NCBI GenBank assembly: GCA_040266055.1
Contig: JBDQFC010000002.1
Coordinates: 6,219-70,218 of the forward strand
DNA length: 64,000 bases
Direction of reading: 5' to 3'
Source of the DNA: Candidatus Nanopelagicales bacterium
GTDB taxonomy: Bacteria; Actinomycetota; Actinomycetes; S36-B12
This document shows positions 54,226-61,940 of this stretch, piece by piece. Below the pieces are notes generated by a model. It was not told where the DNA came from. It was given only the letters and a program-made list of their open reading frames with translations, and made no database searches. The position numbers were made by a program, and so were the translations under genes. The stretch's first letter is position 1. Each line of letters starts with the position of its first letter.

Positions 54226-55032
54226 TCAGCGGGCCTGTGAGGAGTCGTCAAGCAACGTGCCACCGGCAAACGTCACACCAACCTCGCGGTAGTAGCCGCC
54301 GATCACTTCCCGAACGGGCAGGAGTGATGCGGGCTTATCCCAGGGTGAATCGTGCAACTCGATCTCCGCGTCACCTGCCCACGGCTCGCCGAGATCCGCG
54401 TCCACTCCACCCATCGTGACGATCTGTGACAAAGACATGCCGGCGCCGGTGATCGAAGGCATGAATCGGTGATGGACCATCGGATGCCCATTGACGAATC
54501 CATTCGTGGGACTGGGCTCACGGAGGGTGACCTTCGCCGACGCCAATCGGTGATCGTAGGCCGCGAGGCTTGCCCCGAAGGTTCCCCCCGGAGCCACTCG
54601 CGGACTGGCCTTTCCATGATTGAAGGCTCGAGTCACATAGATGCTGCCCAGCTTCTTTGGATATCCCTGGAACCAGCCGCGTCCGATGGCGAAATCCGTC
54701 GTGACCCAGATGAGTTCGCACCTGCTGTACGTAACGCCCTGGTACTGGCATCTCACGACGAAGAAGGCCTCGAGATATTGCGATCGCGAAGGGTCGAGAA
54801 GTTCGGCCTTTGATGCACTGCACGATTGCCAGTCGGCCCAGATCAAGGCGACGGCACCCGGATCCTCGTCGGCGAGATCGAGATCAGGAGGCAACAGCGC
54901 ACGGACTTTGTCGACGTCGGTCCGATACTCGACCGTCAACAAGGTGCCCGAGTAGTACCACGGCATGTCGGGGACTAGGGCAGATTCGCCTCCGGGGGTG
55001 TAGGGCGGGAGAAAACCTCGGGACTCACTCAT
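54226..55032 (-). CDS. Acetoacetate-decarboxylase-family protein
   Basis: 268 aa. PPYTPGG...MPWYYSGTLLTVEYRTD N-terminus is typical of the ADC fold family. Confidence 0.65.
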   Translation of the reverse strand: MSESRGFLPPYTPGGESALVPDMPWYYSGTLLTVEYRTDVDKVRALLPPDLDLADEDPGAVALIWADWQSCSASKAELLDPSRSQYLEAFFVVRCQYQGVTYSRCELIWVTTDFAIGRGWFQGYPKKLGSIYVTRAFNHGKASPRVAPGGTFGASLAAYDHRLASAKVTLREPSPTNGFVNGHPMVHHRFMPSITGAGMSLSQIVTMGGVDADLGEPWAGDAEIELHDSPWDKPASLLPVREVIGGYYREVGVTFAGGTLLDDSSQAR

Positions 55033-55054
55033 GTTCGGAGAGCGTAGTGGGGGA

Positions 55055-55072
55055 TCGTTTGCTTGCGAACGA
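55055..55072. promoter_or_regulatory. Dyad TCGTT-N8-AACGA (site 3 of 3), in the ADC-like / TetR divergent region
   Basis: aTCGTTtgcttgcgAACGAa, read directly. The inner bases extend the palindrome (TCGTTTGC-TT-GCGAACGA, 7 of 8). Confidence 0.5.
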
Positions 55073-55109
55073 AAACGAAGGACTTACTTAGCTCGCCTAG
55101 GCTTAGTGG

Positions 55110-55763
55110 ATGGGTCGACCGGCACGCCTGTCTCGTGAAGCTATCTGTGATGCGGCCATGGCCCTGTTGGCTGAAAGCGGTTCGGCGGACTTCACGATGC
55201 GGGCCCTCGGTGATCGATTGGGCGTAGATCCCTCAGCCGTCTACCGGCACTTCTCCGATAAGGACGATCTGCTCCTGGAGGTGGGCGACCGATCAATGGA
55301 CCCGGTAACCCGGGGATTTCTGGCATCGCAGGATGCCTACTCGGACATCATCCGGCTTTGCGGTCGCTTGCGCTCGACGCTGATCGAGAGTCCGGTGGTG
55401 TTACCCATTGTCGCGGCCGGCCCCACGCGTAGGGAAAACGAGCTACGGATCACTGAAATCGTGCTCGATGCGCTTAACCGTGCTGGTCTCGACACCGACC
55501 GAGCAGTGATCGCTTATCACGCGATCATCGAATACACGCTGGGGTCTGCCTGGCTGGATGCCCCGCTTGCTGCTGCCAGTTCGGACAGAACCGCCACCTA
55601 CCAGAAGTGGCGCGCTGATTACCGGAATCTCGATCCGCGACGATTCCCCACAACCGTGGCGGCGTCGTCCTCCCTCTATCCGTCCAGTAATGCCGTTTTC
55701 GAGGCCGGGCTGTCGGCGTTACTCACCGGGCTGCTGGCCGAAGTGGCGAGCGAGACGGCTTAG
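55110..55763 (+). CDS. TetR-family transcriptional regulator
   Basis: N-terminal HTH (FTMRALGDRLGVDPSAVYRHFSDKDDLL) and a TetR C-terminal ligand domain. Confidence 0.85.
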   Translation: MGRPARLSREAICDAAMALLAESGSADFTMRALGDRLGVDPSAVYRHFSDKDDLLLEVGDRSMDPVTRGFLASQDAYSDIIRLCGRLRSTLIESPVVLPIVAAGPTRRENELRITEIVLDALNRAGLDTDRAVIAYHAIIEYTLGSAWLDAPLAAASSDRTATYQKWRADYRNLDPRRFPTTVAASSSLYPSSNAVFEAGLSALLTGLLAEVASETA

Positions 55764-57028
55764 TAGACGCGGGAGTATTCGGTCTGTTCCCAATCCGTAA
55801 CGGTCGCATTCCATCGCTCGATCTCCTTGCGCTTGAGTTCGATGTAGACCTCAAGCAGATCTGGATGGAAGAAGGCCTTCAGTGCATCGTCGCGTTCTAG
55901 CGCATCAAGAGCCTCGGTGAGTGAGTGTGGGGTGTGGCGATCGGTATTGGGCGCGGCATCGGCGTCTCCCACCTGAGGATCGGGCAACGGGAGTTCCCGC
56001 TCGACCCCGGACAGCCCGGCCGCCAAAATGGCGGCAGTGAGCAGGTGTGGGTTGGCGGTGCCGTCGGCCATTCGGTGCTCGACACGGGTCCCCGCACCAC
56101 GCTGTCCGGGTACGCGGACCGTCGAAATGCGGTTGTCCCAACCCCAGTTAGCCCAGTAGCCCGACAGCATCCCGGGCGTCAGACGCTTGTAGGAATTGAC
56201 AGTTGGTCCTGCGAATGCCGCGAGCGCCTCATGGTGGTCGATCAAACCGGCGATGAAGTGCTTCATCAGTGGTGAGATGCCATCGGCATCGGATTCGTCG
56301 ATGAACGCGTTCTTCCCACTCTCGTCATTGAGGCTGGTGTTCACATGTAGACCGCTACCGACGGCATCATTGAAGGGACGGGCCATGAAAGTGATGTCGA
56401 TTCCGCGCTCACGTGCGATCTCTCGAGCAAGAATGCGAAACAGGAAGGCTGCATCGGCGGCCTCGAGTGACTCTTGGTAGTGAAGTGAGGCCTCGACTTG
56501 GCTGGGGGTGAACTCGCTGTTGGCTCCTTCGGGATGCAGCTCGCATTCGTGCGCGAGTGCCACGATCTTCTCGAGAGTTCCTGTCGGGTCGGCCCCCGGA
56601 CCGATGCCGTATACGCGGTGGTCCGGCACGGGGAGTTTGGTGAGGGGTGAACGCTGCTCAAGGAGGAAGAACTCCATCTCGAAGCCCGTCACTGGGAAGA
56701 GCCCTCGTGCTCTCCACCTATCCACAACCGACGTTAACGCACGCCGGGAGTCCAGCGGAAGGTCTCGGCCGTCGGCGAAGTGCAGGTGCGCGAGGCCGAT
56801 CTGCCGATCTCGCCAGGGCCGCACCGACGAGGCGTCCAGGCGTGCCTCCATGTCCGGAAAGCCGGCGCTGGTGGAGTAGTTGGCGGTCTCAAGGAATTCG
56901 AGATCGAGCCCCTGGACCATCACGGTGATGGCGTAGTGAGTGGGGTGTTCACGCCGACTACCCGGAACGGTTTTCCCGTGAGCCAGGCCCAGAAGGTCGG
57001 GGAAGACGATGTCGATCTGGTCGCTCAC
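55760..57028 (-). CDS. Glutamine-synthetase-family gamma-glutamyl ligase (GS-like 2)
   Basis: FEMEFFL, NSEFTPSQVEAS, GSGLHVNTS and NRISTVRVP motifs. 3-nt gap to the NicX-like gene. Confidence 0.8.
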   Translation of the reverse strand: MSDQIDIVFPDLLGLAHGKTVPGSRREHPTHYAITVMVQGLDLEFLETANYSTSAGFPDMEARLDASSVRPWRDRQIGLAHLHFADGRDLPLDSRRALTSVVDRWRARGLFPVTGFEMEFFLLEQRSPLTKLPVPDHRVYGIGPGADPTGTLEKIVALAHECELHPEGANSEFTPSQVEASLHYQESLEAADAAFLFRILAREIARERGIDITFMARPFNDAVGSGLHVNTSLNDESGKNAFIDESDADGISPLMKHFIAGLIDHHEALAAFAGPTVNSYKRLTPGMLSGYWANWGWDNRISTVRVPGQRGAGTRVEHRMADGTANPHLLTAAILAAGLSGVERELPLPDPQVGDADAAPNTDRHTPHSLTEALDALERDDALKAFFHPDLLEVYIELKRKEIERWNATVTDWEQTEYSRVY

Positions 57029-57031
57029 GGC

Positions 57032-58090
57032 CTAGATCTTCTCCTCACCCGCAGCGACACCAGTGAGGCGTCCTGCGTCGACGACCTGGTGATCATCGAG
57101 GAAGACGTTGCAGTTGCGCATGGGAATGTCGAAATGGCAGACACTAAATCTCTCGGCGTTCTCGTTGGCCCCGGTGCTGTACATGAAATTACCCTCGAAG
57201 GCACGGGCCTCAGTGCCGTTGAACTGCGAGCGGTCGTACAACTCCAGGTAGTCCCAGCGCGCCGCTGGGTTCATGCCCCAGCCGATGTGCGATGTCGCGT
57301 AGGCATCCTTGTCGAATGCAGACATGTATGACTTCAGCATGTCCGCTTGATAGCCCTTGCCTTCGATCGCCACGACGTAGTCATCCTCGACCATCAACGT
57401 GATCGGATCTTGCACGTAGTGCTTGAACGTGATGTTGATGTCGCCCGGTGCCAAGACGATTTGACCGTTGACGCGATGGCGTGCCGGAAAGGCCAACACG
57501 AGGCCTCCGGGCCAGTGCGCGATCTCCCCAGGCCCACCGATCACACCAGTGGACCCGGCGGTAAAGGCGTCGGCGAGTTCCACCTCGATGTTGGTACCCA
57601 TGTCGCTGGTGGCGCGCATGACCTTCGCTTGCCTCATGAAGTCATGGGACTTTGCCACTCTTTCGGCCATCACCTCGTCGTGGGGCAGTCGCTCGAAGAT
57701 CTCAGGGTGCTCATTGCTGATCATGAAGACGGATGTGCCGGAACCGAGGATGTCGCGAAGTTCGCGCGAGTGCAGAAGTCCTTCAACCGTAACGTCGATA
57801 ACCAGCGGGACGGACGAGACGGCGGCGACTGCGCCCGCCTGTCCCTTGAGTGCCAGAGATGTTCCGGTGGAACGCAGTGCCACCGGTCCGCCGTTGGCTG
57901 GCGTGCGCATAACGACCTCGAAGGGCTTCGCGCCGAGGTACTCGGCAGCGAGTATCGACGTTGCCACGAGTTCTGGGCGGCTGGCACTCTCAGACAAGAT
58001 GACGACTTCATCGCCGGCTTTCATGCCATTGAGCTGGAACTGTTGGGCGAACCGCTTGATCCAGCGCCACTCGGAGTTTGCGGTGTTCAT
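57032..58090 (-). CDS. NicX-like non-heme iron dioxygenase (2,5-dihydroxypyridine 5,6-dioxygenase family, M29-like fold)
   Basis: TSHIGWGMNPAARW, ARAFEGNFMYSTGAN and CHFDIPMRNCNVFLDD match recalled P. putida NicX ISHIGWGLQPRAQW, ARAFYGNFLFSTGPN and CHLDIPLRNCDIYLDD. Confidence 0.7.
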   Translation of the reverse strand: MNTANSEWRWIKRFAQQFQLNGMKAGDEVVILSESASRPELVATSILAAEYLGAKPFEVVMRTPANGGPVALRSTGTSLALKGQAGAVAAVSSVPLVIDVTVEGLLHSRELRDILGSGTSVFMISNEHPEIFERLPHDEVMAERVAKSHDFMRQAKVMRATSDMGTNIEVELADAFTAGSTGVIGGPGEIAHWPGGLVLAFPARHRVNGQIVLAPGDINITFKHYVQDPITLMVEDDYVVAIEGKGYQADMLKSYMSAFDKDAYATSHIGWGMNPAARWDYLELYDRSQFNGTEARAFEGNFMYSTGANENAERFSVCHFDIPMRNCNVFLDDHQVVDAGRLTGVAAGEEKI

Positions 58091-58887
58091 TAGGACTCCT
58101 TCGGATGCGAGGACCAGTGCTCAAGTATGAGTGCGTTGACCTCTTCGGCTACTTCCAGGTTCAACAAGTGTCCTGCACCGGGAATCACGACCACACGCGA
58201 GTTCGGCATGAGGTCGTCGATGGCCTGGGCGTAGGCGACCGGCGTCTCCTCGTCGAATTCGCCGACCAAGATCAACGTGGGCACATCAATTGTCGGGAGT
58301 ATCGATCGAGTGTCATGGCTTGCGATCGTGCTCAGCGAGTCGAGTAAGCCCGCGAGAGGTACGCGTGCCATCGCTTCGACGGCTTCGGGCACGACATGCG
58401 CTCCGTTGGGACCGGCGAGTGAGGATAAAATCGCAGGTGCGGCGGCCGCGGGGCTTCCCATGGCCTCCAGCCCAGAAAGCCGGTTTGCTCGCCATTCATC
58501 TGGGTCGGTCCCGTCGAGGCCGAACTTCGGGCTGGTGCACAAGAGCGTCAAGGTACGTATTCGCGACGGTGCCTGGGCGGTCGCATATTGCGCGATCATC
58601 CCACCGAAACTCATGCCCACAAGATCTACGGGTTCATTCGGGCTCACCGCTTCGATGAAGTCGACGGCGGCATCCGCGTAGGCACCGAAATCGGTGGACG
58701 CAACCGGGGCAGACTCCCCGTAGCCAGGAGCGTCCCACGCCACGCAGCGTCGGTGGTCCGACAGGATCGCGAGTTGGGGCCGCCATGCGGTTCGTCCTCC
58801 ACCGAGCCCGTGCAGGAATATGGCCGTGGAGCCCGTGCCTGCTTCACGCCATGCGATGGGGGCAGCGTCGATGTCCACGGCCTTCAT
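58090..58887 (-). CDS. Alpha/beta-fold hydrolase (NicD-like deformylase candidate)
   Basis: HGLGGG oxyanion region, GMSFGG nucleophile elbow, C-terminal GAGH. Only the last 265 codons of the 550-aa ORF are taken. The stop overlaps the NicX-like start (TAATG). Confidence 0.7.
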   Translation of the reverse strand: MKAVDIDAAPIAWREAGTGSTAIFLHGLGGGRTAWRPQLAILSDHRRCVAWDAPGYGESAPVASTDFGAYADAAVDFIEAVSPNEPVDLVGMSFGGMIAQYATAQAPSRIRTLTLLCTSPKFGLDGTDPDEWRANRLSGLEAMGSPAAAAPAILSSLAGPNGAHVVPEAVEAMARVPLAGLLDSLSTIASHDTRSILPTIDVPTLILVGEFDEETPVAYAQAIDDLMPNSRVVVIPGAGHLLNLEVAEEVNALILEHWSSHPKES

Positions 58888-58908
58888 GGCAGGGAACGCT
58901 AAGTGTGA

Positions 58909-58947
58909 TGTCGCGACTTTGGCAACGGTGTTGACAAAGTCGCGACA
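58909..58947. promoter_or_regulatory. Perfect 13-bp inverted repeat TGTCGCGACTTTG-N13-CAAAGTCGCGACA in the hydrolase / ACAD divergent region
   Basis: Read directly. The right arm overlaps a TTGACA hexamer (58931-58936). Confidence 0.55.
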
Positions 58948-58965
58948 GTCCATCAACATCGCGGC

Positions 58966-60201
58966 ATGACGCCTCCCGTTGCCTCCCATGAAGGTGCCCG
59001 CGCCCACACAGGTGCGGCTCGTCCCATCCGCCTCGACGACCAGTCCCGCGACGATCTGGTTCAGATCGTGCGCGACCTCGGTCCGATGATGCGCGAACGT
59101 GCGGTCGACATCGATCGCAATGCCGTCTTCCCGTTCGAAAACTTCGACGACTTCCGCCGTACGGGGCTCCTGGCCGTGTGCGTCCCGAAGCAGTACGGAG
59201 GACTCGGAGCCAGTTTCGCGGACTACGCACGCGTCTCCGCTGAGATCGGACGCTACTGCGGTTCTACCGCCCTCACCTTCAACATGCACAACGCGACGAT
59301 GCTGTGGGCCGGCGAGGTCAGCGACCTTCTGGATATGACGCCAGAGGAGCGGGAAACCCACGAGCGTCGTCGTGCGGAAATGTTTCGTGGTGTTGTTGAG
59401 GACGGCGAGATTCACTCGCAACCGTTCAGTGAAGGACTCAACCCAGGTGCACTCGCGGGGGTTGCCACGAAGGCTGAGCCGGTCGAGGGTGGCTATCGCG
59501 TCACGGGTCGGAAGATTTTCGCGTCTTTGTCGGGCGCGGCGAATCGCTACAACGTCACGTGTCAGGTACCGGGAGAAGACTTCCTGCGCCTGTTGTCGGT
59601 TCGCTCCGATTCCGATGGCGTCGAGATCGTCGACGATTGGGATCCCCTCGGTATGCGCGGAACGGTCTCCCGGACTCTCCTGCTCAAGGAAGCATTTGTC
59701 CCGTTCGACGACGAGATCATGCCCGGGGGTATGTACGACCAAGCGGCAAATCGCTATCCCTATCTGTTCATGTCTCTCGCACCCAGTTACCTCGGGCTGA
59801 CCAACGGCATACTCGATTTCACCCGTGACTACCTGCGCGGTGAACTTCCCGGAGCGGCTTCGGGAACTGCCCGACGCGACAACCCCATCAAGCAGGTGGG
59901 GTGGGCCGAAATGCAGATCAAGTACGAGCAGAGCCGAGCCATGCTCTATTCGGTTCTGGACGACGCCTACCTCGATCCAGACGAGGACATGATGGTCAGT
60001 GCGTGGTCAGCGGTGAACACCGTGATGGAGAACGCGAATGAGGTCGCTCGCGTAGCGGTCCGGGTTTGTGGCGGTCAGTCGATGCTCAAGCATCTTCCAC
60101 TTGAGCGGATGTATCGAGACTCTCGGCTGGGTGCCTTGATGCTTCCGTGGAGTGGAGAGGTCACGATGGAGCGGATTGGTAAGGCTCGACTCTATGACTG
60201 A
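58966..60201 (+). CDS. Acyl-CoA-dehydrogenase-family flavoprotein (dehydrogenase or ACAD-fold oxygenase)
   Basis: 411 aa with ACAD N/M/C domain pattern (FPFENFDDFRRTGLL...GLGASF...STALTFNMHN...). Confidence 0.7.
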   Translation: MTPPVASHEGARAHTGAARPIRLDDQSRDDLVQIVRDLGPMMRERAVDIDRNAVFPFENFDDFRRTGLLAVCVPKQYGGLGASFADYARVSAEIGRYCGSTALTFNMHNATMLWAGEVSDLLDMTPEERETHERRRAEMFRGVVEDGEIHSQPFSEGLNPGALAGVATKAEPVEGGYRVTGRKIFASLSGAANRYNVTCQVPGEDFLRLLSVRSDSDGVEIVDDWDPLGMRGTVSRTLLLKEAFVPFDDEIMPGGMYDQAANRYPYLFMSLAPSYLGLTNGILDFTRDYLRGELPGAASGTARRDNPIKQVGWAEMQIKYEQSRAMLYSVLDDAYLDPDEDMMVSAWSAVNTVMENANEVARVAVRVCGGQSMLKHLPLERMYRDSRLGALMLPWSGEVTMERIGKARLYD

Positions 60202-61801
60202 TCCGGCCGTTGGGGTTTCGGCGCACGTCGACACCTTCACCGCGGATCGCCTTCCACCGCAAGCGCAGTGGCCCGAGTTCTTCTGGGATCTCCCGGAATT
60301 GCAGTACCCAGCGCATCTCAACGCAAGTGTCGAACTTCTCGATCGAACGGTTTCGGCGGGCTGCGGGGATCACACGGCTGTAATCGCCGACGACGGAACC
60401 TGGACCTATCGAGAGCTACTCGATGACGTATCTGCCGTTGCCGCCCTGCTGAGAGATGAGGGCGTGGAACCCGGCAACCGTGTACTACTTCGCGGCCCCA
60501 ACAACGCCCGCTTAGTGGTTGCGTGGCTCGCAGCACTGCGCGTGGGAGCGGTCGTGGTGACGACGATCCCGATGCTGCGAGTGACCGAACTCGAGCCGTT
60601 GGTGGACATCGCCCGACCGTCGGTTGCCTTAGTCGATCATAGGTTTTGCGACGACTGGTCGGCCACGGCCTTCGACGGCACGACGATCACGTACGGAGAC
60701 TCCTCAGCCGAATCGATGGAGGTCCGCGCCCGATCGGCGGTGTCCTCGTCGGAGCCGACGGATACGGCGGCGAGTGACACGGCGCTGCTCGCCTTCACAT
60801 CAGGAACTACTGGTCGCCCGAAGGCCACCATGCACGCTCACCGCGACATCCTCGCGATCGCCGACACGTTCAGCGCACACGTCGTCAAGCCCCAAGCGGA
60901 CGATGTCTTCAGCGGAAGCCCTCCACTGGCGTTCACCTTCGGGCTCGGGGGGCTAGTCGTCTTCCCGATGCGGGTGGGTGCAACCGCAGTTTTGTTGGAG
61001 AGTGGCGCACCCTCCAACGTGTTGGACGCGATCGAAAAGCACCGCATCACCTGTCTTTTCACCGCACCAACCGCCTACCGAGCCATGCTGCCTACGATCG
61101 CCGACGCCGACGTGTCCTCGTTGCGACGCTGTATCTCGGCGGGCGAGACGCTGCCCGAGGCCACCTGGCAGTCCTGGTTCGACGCAACTGGTATTGCGTT
61201 GATTGATGGAATCGGGGCTACCGAGATGCTCCACATCTTTATCTCGGCGAGTGATGGTGATATTCGCCCGGGCTACACAGGGAAAGTTGTTCCCGGTTAT
61301 CGGGCGCAGATCGTGAACGAGGACATGCAGCCGGTCGAGCCCGGCACGCCCGGACGGCTTGCAGTGCAAGGCCCGACGGGTTGCCGTTACTTGAACGATG
61401 AGCGTCAGGCCAACTACGTCCAAGAGGGATGGAATCTGACGGGGGACGTCTACGTGATGGACGAAGACGGCTACTTCCAGTACGTCGCTCGGGCCGACGA
61501 CATGATCGTGTCCAGTGGCTACAACATCGCAGCTCCAGAAGTGGAGAACGCCTTGTTGACTCACCACGCAGTCGCCGAAGTGGCCGTCGTGGGAACGCCC
61601 GACGAAGACCGAGGCATGGTGGTCACGGCATATGTCGTGGCTGCCGCAGAGATTTCCCCGACGGACGATCTTCGACGGGAATTGCAAGATCACGTGAAGG
61701 CGAACATTGCGCCCTACAAGTACCCGCGCATTCTGGAGTTCGTCGAGGCCCTACCCAAGACGGCCACCGGGAAGCTTCAACGCTTCCGGCTACGGAATTG
61801 A
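60194..61801 (+). CDS. AMP-forming aryl-CoA ligase (benzoate / 2-aminobenzoate-CoA-ligase-like)
   Basis: DTFTADRLPPQAQWPEF...YPAHLNASVELLD N-terminus, FTSGTTGRPKA, and a C-terminal lysine region PKTATGKLQRF. 8-nt overlap with the ACAD gene. Confidence 0.8.
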   Translation: MTDPAVGVSAHVDTFTADRLPPQAQWPEFFWDLPELQYPAHLNASVELLDRTVSAGCGDHTAVIADDGTWTYRELLDDVSAVAALLRDEGVEPGNRVLLRGPNNARLVVAWLAALRVGAVVVTTIPMLRVTELEPLVDIARPSVALVDHRFCDDWSATAFDGTTITYGDSSAESMEVRARSAVSSSEPTDTAASDTALLAFTSGTTGRPKATMHAHRDILAIADTFSAHVVKPQADDVFSGSPPLAFTFGLGGLVVFPMRVGATAVLLESGAPSNVLDAIEKHRITCLFTAPTAYRAMLPTIADADVSSLRRCISAGETLPEATWQSWFDATGIALIDGIGATEMLHIFISASDGDIRPGYTGKVVPGYRAQIVNEDMQPVEPGTPGRLAVQGPTGCRYLNDERQANYVQEGWNLTGDVYVMDEDGYFQYVARADDMIVSSGYNIAAPEVENALLTHHAVAEVAVVGTPDEDRGMVVTAYVVAAAEISPTDDLRRELQDHVKANIAPYKYPRILEFVEALPKTATGKLQRFRLRN

Positions 61802-61940
61802 GCGCTTGTGAAAATCTACACAATCTTAAGTCGTAACGACTTCGGGCAAGTCGCTTGACTGCGTATATCTGATACAGAACAGTGCTTTCGTTCGGTTCGT
61901 GAGGAGGACCGACGAACTATCGGACAACCGTGGAGGAACC

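Noticed and set aside
58888-59742. N-terminal 285 codons of the 550-aa minus-strand ORF
   Set aside because: This part is antisense to the well-supported ACAD-family gene (58966-60201) and has no hydrolase-like sequence. Only the C-terminal 265 aa (from MKAVDID) form the alpha/beta hydrolase.
58909-61860. Link between the 58909-58947 inverted repeat and AAGTCG-containing dyads at 61828-61860
   Set aside because: Both contain AAGTCG/CGACTT, but the half-sites are in the opposite relative order and at different spacing. The similarity is too short to claim a shared operator.
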